A stretch of 64,000 nucleotides of DNA. Source: Candidatus Eiseniibacteriota bacterium (GTDB taxonomy: Bacteria; Eisenbacteria; RBG-16-71-46). Under the pieces are notes generated by a model. It saw nothing but the letters and a program-made list of their open reading frames with translations, was not told the origin of the DNA and searched no databases. Positions within the stretch are counted from its first letter, which is position 1; each line of letters opens with the position of its first letter. Location: positions 128,001-192,000 of the forward strand of contig JBBRLX010000002.1 of the NCBI GenBank assembly GCA_038231135.1. Direction: 5' to 3'. Shown here piece after piece: positions 18,360 through 27,523 of this stretch. A program made the position numbers and the translations under genes.

Positions 18360-18948
18360 TCACATGCAGCGCCAGCAGCTCGGCCATCGCTCGCACGGCG
18401 CGGGCACGGTGGGAGTATTCGTTCTTCTCGGCGGGTGTGAGTTCGGCGAGGGTGCGGCCGAGCTCGGGGAGTTCGAATACCGGATCGTAGCCGAAGCCTT
18501 CGGTGCCGCGGCGGTCAACGGTGATACGGCCTTCCAGCACGCCTTCGGTGTGGAGCTCGCTGCCGTCCTCGAGCACGGTGACGCAGGCGGTGCGGAACCG
18601 CGCGCGGCGCTGTTCGGGAGCGTGGCCCATCAGCACCTCGAGCAGCCGCCGCACGTTCTCATCGTAGGTCGCGTTGTGGCCCGCGAAGCGCGCGGTGTAG
18701 ATGCCGGGCCGGCCGCCGAGGGCGTCCACCTCGAGCCCGGTGTCGTCGGCGATCGCGGCGAGGCCGGTCAGCGCGTGAGCGCCGCGGGCCTTGAGCCGCG
18801 CGTTGTCGAGCAGCGATTGCCCGGTCTCCGCGGGCGCCGACGCCCCGGCCACGTCGCGCAGGCTCACGAGCTCGAGCTCGGGCATGTCCAGCAGCTGCTT
18901 CAGCTCGCGGAGCTTGTCGAGGTTGAACGTCGCCACCATGAGCTTCAT
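18343..18948 (-). CDS. rdgB: Non-canonical purine NTP pyrophosphatase RdgB/HAM1
   Basis: ATFNLDKLRE, ADDTGLEVDAL.G.PG.Y.AR, GFGYDPVF, KN..SHR. Confidence 0.96.
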   Translation of the reverse strand: MKLMVATFNLDKLRELKQLLDMPELELVSLRDVAGASAPAETGQSLLDNARLKARGAHALTGLAAIADDTGLEVDALGGRPGIYTARFAGHNATYDENVRRLLEVLMGHAPEQRRARFRTACVTVLEDGSELHTEGVLEGRITVDRRGTEGFGYDPVFELPELGRTLAELTPAEKNEYSHRARAVRAMAELLALHVSAGGC

Positions 18949-19781
18949 GCGCCGGCTCCGTCCGCGTCCGTCGCGACGACCCCGGGGGCCGGGGCCGGCG
19001 GCAGCGGCAGCAGTCCCGAGTCGGTGAGCAGCCGGCGCTGCGCTGCGACGACGCGGCGGATGCCGGCGCGCGCGAGACCCAGCAGCTGGCGCAGTTCGGC
19101 CTCGGAGAACGTGGTGTTCTCGCCGGTGCCCTGCACCTCCACGTACTGGCCGCCGCCCGTCATCACCACGTTCATGTCGACGTGCGCGGTGGAATCCTCG
19201 GGGTAGTCCAGGTCGATGCAGGGGACACCGGCCACGATCCCCACCGAGATCGCCGCCACCGTGTCGCGAAACGGCGGCTTCACCAGGTGATTGCGGTTCG
19301 ACAGCGTGACGAACGCATCGTGGAGCGCCACCAGCGCGCCGTTGATCGACGCGGTGCGCGTGCCGCCATCGGCTTCGAGCACGTCGCAGTCGAGGATGAT
19401 CATGCGCTCGCCGAACGCGGTGAGATCGGTCACCGCCCGCAGGCTGCGCCCGATCAACCGCTGGATCTCCTGTGCGCGGCCGCCGGTCTGCGTGGTGCGC
19501 GGCGTGCGCTCGCCGGTCGCCCGCGGCAGCATGGCGTACTCGGCCGTGACCCAGCCCTTCCCCTGGTTGCGCAGCCACGACGGCACCCGGTCCTCCACGG
19601 TGGCGGTGCACAGCACGCGCGTGCGGCCCATGTGGATCAGTGCCGAGCCTTCGGCGTGGGTGGACACGTGGCGCTCGATCTTGAGCGGACGCAACTGGCG
19701 GGGCTGCCGGCCGTCGTGCCGGAGCACCGGCGCGGGTGCGGCCGCGGCTTGATCGCGGATGGCCTGGGGGGGGCGGGTCAT
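18945..19781 (-). CDS. rph: Ribonuclease PH
   Basis: R.DGR, AEGS, GWVTAEYAMLP, EIQRLIGRSLR, ADGGTRTASING, DLDY.EDS. Confidence 0.97.
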   Translation of the reverse strand: MTRPPQAIRDQAAAAPAPVLRHDGRQPRQLRPLKIERHVSTHAEGSALIHMGRTRVLCTATVEDRVPSWLRNQGKGWVTAEYAMLPRATGERTPRTTQTGGRAQEIQRLIGRSLRAVTDLTAFGERMIILDCDVLEADGGTRTASINGALVALHDAFVTLSNRNHLVKPPFRDTVAAISVGIVAGVPCIDLDYPEDSTAHVDMNVVMTGGGQYVEVQGTGENTTFSEAELRQLLGLARAGIRRVVAAQRRLLTDSGLLPLPPAPAPGVVATDADGAGA

Positions 19782-19902
19782 GATCGTGAAACCATCCTTG
19801 TCGTCGAGAGGTCGATCAGCGCGGTCCTTACGCCCGGACGGAACCAGGCTCAGGGCACAGGGTGGTCGCAGAGTACACCGCCGGGCGCCCCCGGCCCCCG
19901 CC

Positions 19903-20733
19903 TCAATCCCGGGTCACCCGCTCGAACCACGGCAGGTCGGTCTGGTCGACGACCGTGGTGTGCGGGATGTCCTGCCCGAGGAACGAGCGCGCGATGCGGT
20001 CGAAATTGCGCGGCTGATCGCTGACGAAGAACCGGTGGCGCGGCGGGCCGGCCGCCAGCATGCCGCGCTCGCGCAGCAGGATGGCGGTCGAGCGCGCCGC
20101 CTCGGCGCCCGAGTCGACCAGCCGCACGCCCGGTCCCATCAGCTCCGCGATCAGCGGTGCGATCAGCGGGTAGTGGGTGCAGCCGAGGATCAGCAAGTCG
20201 ATGCCGGTGGCGGCGAGCCCCGCCAGGTATTCCACCGCGACCGCGCGGGTGGCGGGGTGATCGAGCCAGCCCTCCTCGATCAGCGGCACGAGCAGCGGGC
20301 AGGCGCGCGATTCCACGCGCGCGGCCGGCGCCAGCGCGCGGATGGCGGAGCCATAGGCGTCGCTGCCGATGGTGCCGAGCGTGCCGATCACGCCGATCCC
20401 GCGCCCGGGGCCCAGGGCGAGCGCGGCGCGCACGGCGGGAGCGATCACGCCGACGACCGGCACCTCGAGACGCTGTGTGAGCGTGTCGAGCGCGTACGAC
20501 GACGAGGTGTTGCACGCCACCAGCACGCACTTCACGTCGTGGCGCACGAGGAACGCCGCGATCTCGAGCGAGAACCGGGTGACGGTCTCGCCCGACTTGC
20601 TGCCGTAGGGCAGCCGCGCGGTGTCGCCGAAATACACCACCGATTCGTCCGGCAGCACGTGGAACAGCTCGCGCACGGCGGTGAGGCCGCCGAGACCGGA
20701 ATCGAACACGCCGATCGGACGCGGATCGCTCAT
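19903..20733 (-). CDS. murI: Glutamate racemase
   Basis: IGVFDSGLGGL, DTARLPYG, VACNT, LGCTHYP. Confidence 0.97.
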   Translation of the reverse strand: MSDPRPIGVFDSGLGGLTAVRELFHVLPDESVVYFGDTARLPYGSKSGETVTRFSLEIAAFLVRHDVKCVLVACNTSSSYALDTLTQRLEVPVVGVIAPAVRAALALGPGRGIGVIGTLGTIGSDAYGSAIRALAPAARVESRACPLLVPLIEEGWLDHPATRAVAVEYLAGLAATGIDLLILGCTHYPLIAPLIAELMGPGVRLVDSGAEAARSTAILLRERGMLAAGPPRHRFFVSDQPRNFDRIARSFLGQDIPHTTVVDQTDLPWFERVTRD

Positions 20734-20746
20734 GTCGCCGAACGTC

Positions 20747-21283
20747 TCACGGCAGGTCCGCCACGTCGATCGGACGGTCGAGCGGCAGCTGACCGCCGAG
20801 CGTCGGGAGCGGCTGGCCCGCGCACACCAGCATTACCCGCTTCACCTCCGGCAGGTTCGCGGCCAGCGTGCGGGTGACCGAGGCGATCGTCAGGTACTCC
20901 GCGGCCGCGCCGCCGCGGAAGCCGTCGTGAAACGCGCTCGACAGGTCGAGCGTGAGCAGCCCGCGGTCGTCGATGAACACGCGCAGCACCGCGGTCCCCG
21001 CCGGCACCGTGCGCACGCCGCCCGCGTGCGGGCCGCGCTCGAGCTCGTCGAGCAGGAACGTCACGCGGTCGTGGAAATTCTGGGTCTCGAGCTCCTCGCG
21101 CGTCTCGACCGTCAGGCTCTCGCCGCCGGCTGCGGCGAAGTACACCCGCGCCGACTTGAAGCCGGCGGTGGTCGAATCCGCCGCCACGACGCCCTGCGAC
21201 GCCGTGGGCGGCCGCGTCGCGAGCCACGCCACGAGCGCCACCAGGGCTGCGAGCAGGGTCACGAGCAGGGCGCGCCGCGGCAT
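20747..21283 (-). CDS. GerMN domain protein
   Basis: N-terminal TM helix; L..GP, LDLS..F, E...IAS...TL, VK.V; lies between amidase and murI. Confidence 0.85.
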   Translation of the reverse strand: MPRRALLVTLLAALVALVAWLATRPPTASQGVVAADSTTAGFKSARVYFAAAGGESLTVETREELETQNFHDRVTFLLDELERGPHAGGVRTVPAGTAVLRVFIDDRGLLTLDLSSAFHDGFRGGAAAEYLTIASVTRTLAANLPEVKRVMLVCAGQPLPTLGGQLPLDRPIDVADLP

Positions 21284-21285
21284 GG

Positions 21286-22770
21286 TCACAGGTTCCGCTG
21301 CCAGGCCTGGATGCCATCGGCGAGCGTGGCCGCCAGCTCCGCGAGGCCGCGCGGCGACAGGATGCGCGCGCGATCCGTGTCGGAGGTGAGCGTGGCGCAT
21401 TCCAGCAGCAGCCCGGGCGCGTTCACGCCGAGCATCGGGTACGGAAGGATCTCGCGCAGCCGGGTGGGCCCCTGCGAGCGCAGCTCGAGCGCCGACAGCA
21501 GGTCGTCCGCCAGCTCGCGTGCCGCCACCGCGTGGCGCAGCGCCACGTCGCGCCACGGCAGCAGCGCGATGACACCGGAGGTCTGCTCGCGCTGCGACGC
21601 GGCGTAGGTCGCCGGCGGGCAGTACGCGGTGGCGCCGTGTGCGGTGCCGCCCGGCAGGCCGTCGAAGTGGAGCGAGATCACGAGGTCGGCGTGCGCGCGG
21701 TTCGCGCGCTCGGCGCGCTCCGCCTCGCTCAGCTCGCGATCGTCCTCGCGGGTCAGCACCACGTGGGTGTTCATGCGACGCTCGAGCTCGGCGCGAACCA
21801 GCCGCGCGAGCGCCAGCGTGAGGTTCTTCTCCACGGCGCCCCCCACCGTGACGCCCGCGTCGGCGCCGCCGTGGCCGGGGTCGAGCACCACGACGCGCAA
21901 CGTGCGCGGCCCCTCGGGCCCCTCGGGCGCGAACGCCTCGAGCCCGGGGGCGCTGCCGCGCACCAGCACCAGCGTCACCCGATGACCGGGCACGTCGGTC
22001 AGCAGCCGGTAGCCCGTGGCCTCGGGCGCCACCGTGATCTCGAACGCGCTGCCCCCGGTGGTGGGGGTCGGCTGCATGGCGCCCGCGAGGCTGCCCGGCG
22101 GCATCGCGTCGGGTACCGCGCCGGCGTAGAACCCGCCGAACCGCACCCGGAAGTGCGCGCGGCTCCGGCCGGCGACCACGACTTCCTCGGGGCGGTCGAC
22201 GACGAACGTGATCTTGGTGGCACCGCCCTCGACCGCGACACGCGGGCCCGTGATGAGCCCGTCCGGCGGCACCCGCAGCACGACCTTGCGCGCGAAATCG
22301 TGGTAGAGCCGCGCGAGCGTGGGCGCGCGCGGCAGCGAATCGACGAGCGCGACCGGCACGAGCAGCTCGCCGGCCACCGACAGCACCTCGGCATCGAGGC
22401 GCACCGTGCGGTCGTCGATCACCACGAACGGATTGCCGACCGTGAGCTGCAGCCGGTGGTCCCGGGCCCGCAGCTCGAGCTTGCGCAGATCGCCGCGCCA
22501 GAACTTGGTCGCGTCGAGCAGGCGCGCGAAGTCGGCCACGCTCAGGTAGTCGGTGCCGCCCACGTCGCGGACCGGCACCGCCTCGGGCCCGGGGCCGCCC
22601 ACGAGCGTGCGCCAGTCGCCGGAGCCGGTCGCGGGCGCCGCGGGCGGTGGTGCCATGGGCGGCGGGGTGACGAGCGGCGCGATCACCCGGCCGTCCTGGC
22701 CGCGCGCGAGGGCACAGGCGAGCGCGGCCGCGGCCACGATCGCGATCCCGGCTGCGATTCGCGCCCTCAT
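21286..22770 (-). CDS. N-acetylmuramoyl-L-alanine amidase (Amidase_3)
   Basis: VVLDPGHGG, VEK..L, LTREDD, ISLH.D, LLE; signal peptide. Confidence 0.88.
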   Translation of the reverse strand: MRARIAAGIAIVAAAALACALARGQDGRVIAPLVTPPPMAPPPAAPATGSGDWRTLVGGPGPEAVPVRDVGGTDYLSVADFARLLDATKFWRGDLRKLELRARDHRLQLTVGNPFVVIDDRTVRLDAEVLSVAGELLVPVALVDSLPRAPTLARLYHDFARKVVLRVPPDGLITGPRVAVEGGATKITFVVDRPEEVVVAGRSRAHFRVRFGGFYAGAVPDAMPPGSLAGAMQPTPTTGGSAFEITVAPEATGYRLLTDVPGHRVTLVLVRGSAPGLEAFAPEGPEGPRTLRVVVLDPGHGGADAGVTVGGAVEKNLTLALARLVRAELERRMNTHVVLTREDDRELSEAERAERANRAHADLVISLHFDGLPGGTAHGATAYCPPATYAASQREQTSGVIALLPWRDVALRHAVAARELADDLLSALELRSQGPTRLREILPYPMLGVNAPGLLLECATLTSDTDRARILSPRGLAELAATLADGIQAWQRNL

Positions 22771-22824
22771 GGCCGCGAGTCCGACATCATGCTGTGCGGT
22801 CCGTCGTCATGCGTGTTGGCATTG

Positions 22825-23301
22825 TCATCGATCCCTGCCCCGGCGCGCCCGGTCGATCTCGCGCTTCGAGTCGCGCTCCGCGATCGCCTGGCGCTTGTCG
22901 TGCGTCTTCTTGCCCTTCGCGAGCCCGATCAGCAGCTTCGCCCGCCCGCGGACCGTGAAGTACAGCTTGAGCGGAATCACCGTCAACCCCTTCTGCGCGA
23001 CGCCGCGCCGCAGCTCGTCGATTTCCCGGGCGTGCAGCAGCAGCTTGCGCCGCCGCACCGGATCGAGGTTCCAGCGGTTGCCCTGCTCGTAGGGCGGAAT
23101 GTGGAGCTGCATCACGAACGCCTCGTCGTTCTCGACCGTCGCATAGGCCTCGGCCAGGCTGGCCTTGCCCATGCGCAGGCTCTTCACCTCGGTGCCGGAC
23201 AATACGATCCCGGCTTCGAAGGTTTCGAGGACGAAGTAGTCGTGGCGCGCCCGGCGATTCTGGGCTACGACGCGCTCGTCCGACTCGGGATCATGCGACA
23301 T
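22825..23301 (-). CDS. smpB: SsrA-binding protein
   Basis: NRRARHDY, EAGIVL.GTEVKSLR, RKLLLH, KGKKTHDKR. Confidence 0.98.
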   Translation of the reverse strand: MSHDPESDERVVAQNRRARHDYFVLETFEAGIVLSGTEVKSLRMGKASLAEAYATVENDEAFVMQLHIPPYEQGNRWNLDPVRRRKLLLHAREIDELRRGVAQKGLTVIPLKLYFTVRGRAKLLIGLAKGKKTHDKRQAIAERDSKREIDRARRGRDR

Positions 23302-23341
23302 GGCGGCAGCTCGGGCGGGCGGCGCTGATGGAGGAATCGCG

Positions 23342-23428
23342 TGGTGCGGAAGGGGGGATTTGAACCCCCACACCCTTTCGGGCGCTAGAACCTGAATCTA
23401 GTGCGTCTGCCAGTTCCGCCACTTCCGC
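23342..23428 (-). tRNA. tRNA-Leu(CAG)
   Basis: GCGGAAGTGGCGGAACTGGCAGACGC...TTCAGGT...long variable arm...GGTTCAAATCC...TTCCGCACCA. Confidence 0.96.
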
Positions 23429-23486
23429 ACGCGGGCAGGGAATATAGGGAGGCCGGCACGGCATGGTCAACCGGGCCGTGGCCGTT

Positions 23487-24461
23487 TCATGCCCCGCGCT
23501 TGCGGCGCAGCACGCGGTCCGCGGCCGCCACGATGTCGCGTGCCCTCAGCCCGAACGCGTCCATCAACTCGGCCGGTTTGCCGGACTGGCCGAACCGGTC
23601 GTGCACGGCGACGAACTCGATCGGCACCGGGTGGCTCTGCACCACGACCTCGGCCACCGCGCCCCCGAGCCCGCCGTTCACCTGGTGCTCCTCGGCGGTG
23701 ACGAACGCCCCGGTCTCGCGCGCGCAGCGCTCGATCAGCGCGCGGTCGATCGGCTTCACCGTGTGCAGGTTCACGACCCGCGCCGAGATGCCGCTCGCCC
23801 CCAGCTCCTCCGCGGCGCGCAGCGCCTCGTACACCATGACGCCGCACGCGATGATCGTCAGGTCCGTGCCGTCGGCGAACCGCTCGCCCTTCCCGAACGT
23901 GAACGGCGTGTCCTCGCCGGTGACGACCGGGACGTCCTCGCGGCCGAACCGGATGTACACGGGACCCTCGTGCTTCGCGGCCGCGACCGTGGCCTTGTAG
24001 GTCTCCCAGAAGTCGCACGGCACCACGATGCTCATGTTGGGGATCGAGCGGATGATGCTGATCTCCTCCATCGCCTGGTGCGTGGCGCCGTCCGGGCCCA
24101 CCGAGATGCCACCGTGCGCCCCGCCGATCTTCACGTTCAGGTTGCTGTAGGCGACCGTGACGCGGATCTGGTCGGCGGCCCGGCAGCTGGCGAATGCGCC
24201 GTACGTCGCGAAGAACGGGATCTTGCCCATCGCCGCGAGCCCGGCGGCGATGCCGCACATGTTCTGCTCGGCGATGCCGACCTGGATGAAGCGGTCGGGG
24301 AACTTCTCGGCGAAGAAGCTCACCATGGTGGACTCGGTGAGATCGCCGACCAGCACCACGATGCGCGGATCCGCCTGGCCGAGATCCACGAGCGCGCGGC
24401 CGAAGCCCTCGCGGGTCTTCTTCATCTCGACGTGTTCGGGCAGCAGGATCGTGGCGGTCAT
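23487..24461 (-). CDS. Transketolase, C-terminal subunit
   Basis: GIAEQNM, RAADQIR, GPDGATHQ, GPVYIR, TVKPID, EEH. Confidence 0.93.
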   Translation of the reverse strand: MTATILLPEHVEMKKTREGFGRALVDLGQADPRIVVLVGDLTESTMVSFFAEKFPDRFIQVGIAEQNMCGIAAGLAAMGKIPFFATYGAFASCRAADQIRVTVAYSNLNVKIGGAHGGISVGPDGATHQAMEEISIIRSIPNMSIVVPCDFWETYKATVAAAKHEGPVYIRFGREDVPVVTGEDTPFTFGKGERFADGTDLTIIACGVMVYEALRAAEELGASGISARVVNLHTVKPIDRALIERCARETGAFVTAEEHQVNGGLGGAVAEVVVQSHPVPIEFVAVHDRFGQSGKPAELMDAFGLRARDIVAAADRVLRRKRGA

Positions 24462-24542
24462 GACTCCTCACGGACAGCCCGCGTGCCGCGGGCGCAGAGT
24501 GCGTACTTCACGGGTGGCGAGACTTCCTAACGGACGCGACGC

Positions 24543-25454
24543 TCAACCGGCGAGCAGCCGCGCCGACCATTCCGAATAGCGGGTGCCGAGCTCCTGCAGC
24601 GCCAGCTCCGCCTGCTCGGGCTTGGGCGGCTTGCCGTGCCAGTGATAGTCGTCGGCCATGTACGACACGCCCTGGCCCATCACGGTGTGCGCCAGGATCA
24701 TGCTCGGCTGGCCCTGCGCGCGGCGGGCGTCGGCGAATGCCCGCAGGATGTCGGTCATGTCGTGCCCGTCGCATTCGATCACGTTCCATTCGAACGCCCG
24801 CCATTTGTCCGCCAGCGGCGCGATGCCGAGGATGTCCTCGACGTCGCCGTCGATCTGCTTGCGGTTGTAGTCGATGATCGCGCACACGTTGTCGAGCCGG
24901 TAATGGCCGGCGAACATCGCCGCCTCCCACACCTGGCCCTCCTGCTGTTCGCCGTCTCCCATCACGCAGTAGACCCGCCGCGACAGGTGGTCGATGTTCG
25001 CCGCCATCGCCACCCCGCAGCACACCGACAGCCCCTGCCCGAGGGACCCCGACGACACCTCGATGCCCGGGGTGTCGTGGCGGGACGGATGACCCTGCGC
25101 GTGCCCGTCGAACGCGCGGAATTTCATCAGGTCCTTCAACGGGAAGTAACCGCGCTCCGCCATCAGCGAGTAGATCACCGGCGTGACGTGACCGATCGAG
25201 AAGTGCCAGTAGTCGCGGCCCGGCCACTGGGGATTCGCGGGGTCGACGCTCAGCTCGTTGAAGAACAGCGCGGTGCCGAAGTCGGCGCACGACAACGGTC
25301 CGCCCGAATGCCCGGTCTGCGATTTCGCGAGCAGCGTGATGATGTCGCGGCGCACGTGGAGCGCCATGTCGCGGAGCCGCCCGGCGGGCCATGCCAGGCG
25401 GCCCGGCCGGTGCGCGGCTGCGGAGTCGTTCTCGGAAACCGTGGACGGGGGCAC
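24543..25454 (-). CDS. Transketolase, N-terminal TPP-binding subunit
   Basis: GHSGG.LS, QGHP, GSLGQGLS, GDGEQQEGQVWEA, DGHD, WHGK. Confidence 0.93.
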   Translation of the reverse strand: MPPSTVSENDSAAAHRPGRLAWPAGRLRDMALHVRRDIITLLAKSQTGHSGGPLSCADFGTALFFNELSVDPANPQWPGRDYWHFSIGHVTPVIYSLMAERGYFPLKDLMKFRAFDGHAQGHPSRHDTPGIEVSSGSLGQGLSVCCGVAMAANIDHLSRRVYCVMGDGEQQEGQVWEAAMFAGHYRLDNVCAIIDYNRKQIDGDVEDILGIAPLADKWRAFEWNVIECDGHDMTDILRAFADARRAQGQPSMILAHTVMGQGVSYMADDYHWHGKPPKPEQAELALQELGTRYSEWSARLLAG

Positions 25455-25575
25455 CAGATCCTCCAGTTAAGGGGTGGCGGCGAGCGTCGGTTCAAGGTAC
25501 CCGGCCGAACGCAACCCCGGCAAGAGCCGATCGGCGCTTGACGACCCTTTGGCCCGCGAGGCCTAATCGCGAGCC

Positions 25576-26664
25576 ATGCTCGAACCCACGGCCCCGGAAC
25601 GACCCGCCGACACCGGCACTGCACCCGCCCTGCTCGCCGTCGCCGCGATCGTGGCGCTGGTGCTGCTGTGGGCGCTGCGCGAGCTGGTGGTGCTGGTGGG
25701 CATGTCCGTGCTGCTCGCCTACGTGCTCGACCCGATCGTGAGCGCGCTCGGGCCGCACCATGCCAGGGGGCGCGGCGTGCCGCGTGGCGTGGCGGCGGCG
25801 ATCGTGATGCTGGTGATCGTGATGATCGCGGGGTTCGCGCTGGCGTGGCTGCTGCCGCAGGCGCTGGGCGAGTTGGTGCGGTTCGTCGAACGCGCGCCGA
25901 CGATCATCACCGACATCCTGATCCGGGTGCGGGGCTGGGCGATGGCGAACGGGTTGTCGAACTACATCGACCCGATCACCGACGAGGTGCGGTCGAGCCT
26001 CGCCGGGCTGTCGCACAACATCACCGGGATCGTCGGCGGCGCGATCGCCCGGGTGTTCGGCACCCTGGGCTCGCTGCTCGGGCTCGCGATCCTGCCGTTG
26101 CTGTCGTTCTACCTGCTCGCCGAGCGCGAGGAGGTGAAGCGCAGCGCGTTCCGGTTCATCCCGCCGTTCCTGCACGGCCGCATGCGCTCGACCGCCGACG
26201 CCGTGGACCGCGCGCTGCGCAGCTACGTGCGCGGACAGGCGATCGTGTGCCTGGTCATGGGCACCAGCGTGGGTCTGGCGCTCACGTTGCTGCACTTCCC
26301 GTATTCGCTGTTCCTCGGCATGCTGGTGGGGCTCGCGGAGATCATCCCCTACCTCGGGTTCCTGATGGCCGCGACGACGGTCGTGCTCGTCGGGTTCACG
26401 CTGGCGCCGCTGCAGGCGGTGCTCGGCCTCGGGGCCTACGTGATCATCAACAACCTGGTGGGGGTGTTCGTCACGCCCCGCGTCATGGGGCGTTACCTCG
26501 AGATGCATCCGTACGTGGTGACGATCAGCGTGCTCGCGGGGGCCAAGCTGCTGGGCCCCGGCGGTGTGCTGCTGGCGCTGCCGCTCGCGGCGATCGTGCA
26601 GGCGACGATCTCGCAGTACGCGCAGCCGGTTCCGGCGCCGGACGAGATTATGATTGCCAAGTAG
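25576..26664 (+). CDS. AI-2E family transporter
   Basis: LAYVLDPIV, FYLL, YVRGQ, EIIPYLG, PRVMG...MHP, G.LLALP. Confidence 0.9.
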   Translation: MLEPTAPERPADTGTAPALLAVAAIVALVLLWALRELVVLVGMSVLLAYVLDPIVSALGPHHARGRGVPRGVAAAIVMLVIVMIAGFALAWLLPQALGELVRFVERAPTIITDILIRVRGWAMANGLSNYIDPITDEVRSSLAGLSHNITGIVGGAIARVFGTLGSLLGLAILPLLSFYLLAEREEVKRSAFRFIPPFLHGRMRSTADAVDRALRSYVRGQAIVCLVMGTSVGLALTLLHFPYSLFLGMLVGLAEIIPYLGFLMAATTVVLVGFTLAPLQAVLGLGAYVIINNLVGVFVTPRVMGRYLEMHPYVVTISVLAGAKLLGPGGVLLALPLAAIVQATISQYAQPVPAPDEIMIAK

Positions 26665-26742
26665 CGTTTGCTCCCGCCGCGACGGGCGGCGTGGTCGCTA
26701 TCCGTGCTTCCACGCCTCCCGGTGCTCGCGGCGGTTTTTGGT

Positions 26743-27462
26743 TCAGCGATAGAGGGTCTTCACGCGGCCCCACGTCACGGGGGCGGCCCGGGTGGTGGCG
26801 CACACGTTTGTCGCGCCGGGGGTCGGGGTGCATCCGGTGCCGGGTGGCGGGGTCGCGCCGGTGTAGGGATCCAGGGCGTCGAACAGCACCCACGCGCCGG
26901 TGCCGTCGGGCAAGCGGCCCACGGCGCGGTCCGCGGCGGCCTCGTGGCTGCCGTAGGCGTATGAATCGACGAGCGTGGTGTCGCCGCCCGCGGCCTGCCA
27001 CAGCATCACCGTGTCGCCGCTGTTGCCGAGCGACAGGCCGAACGACGGATAGCCGTTCGCCTTCTCCCAGTCGAACGACTGCTTGCCGAACACCACGAGA
27101 TGTCCGCCGCCCGCGAGCGTGCCCGTGAGTGCCAGGCGCGGCAGCGTGTCGCCGTCGGTGAGGAAGAACCCCGACAGCTCGAGCGCCGCCGTGCCGGTGT
27201 TCGCCAGCTCGACCCACTCGTCGTCGCGCGACGAGAACGTTCCGCTGCCGTCCCAGTCGCGGGCCGGCCCCGCGACGAGTTCGTTGAGGCGCAGCGAAGT
27301 CACGGCCGTGGCCGTGCGGAAGTGACGGACCGGCGCCGCGGCGCCGGCCGGCTCGGGATCCGCGGCGGCGGCGAATGCCGAGGCGCGGATCGCGAGCGCG
27401 AGCGGCAGGGTGAGCACGAGACCGAAGAGACGACGACCGAACACGGCACGCGCCATGCGCAT
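26743..27462 (-). CDS. Secreted lamin-tail-domain protein with C-terminal TWGRVKTLYR tail
   Basis: LRLNEL, DEWVELANTG, L.G..LTDG, LGNSGDTVML, GRLPDG, TPGATN; start uncertain. Confidence 0.82.
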   Translation of the reverse strand: MRMARAVFGRRLFGLVLTLPLALAIRASAFAAAADPEPAGAAAPVRHFRTATAVTSLRLNELVAGPARDWDGSGTFSSRDDEWVELANTGTAALELSGFFLTDGDTLPRLALTGTLAGGGHLVVFGKQSFDWEKANGYPSFGLSLGNSGDTVMLWQAAGGDTTLVDSYAYGSHEAAADRAVGRLPDGTGAWVLFDALDPYTGATPPPGTGCTPTPGATNVCATTRAAPVTWGRVKTLYR

Positions 27463-27523
27463 GACGAACTCCACCGGGGGGCGGTTGTTCGGGGGCGCAT
27501 CGACTGCAACGCCTGGGCGGGCG

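Noticed and set aside
18343..23301. smpB-amidase-GerMN-murI-rph-rdgB order as a novelty
   Set aside because: murI-gerM-rph-rdgB synteny is long known, e.g. in Bacillus subtilis
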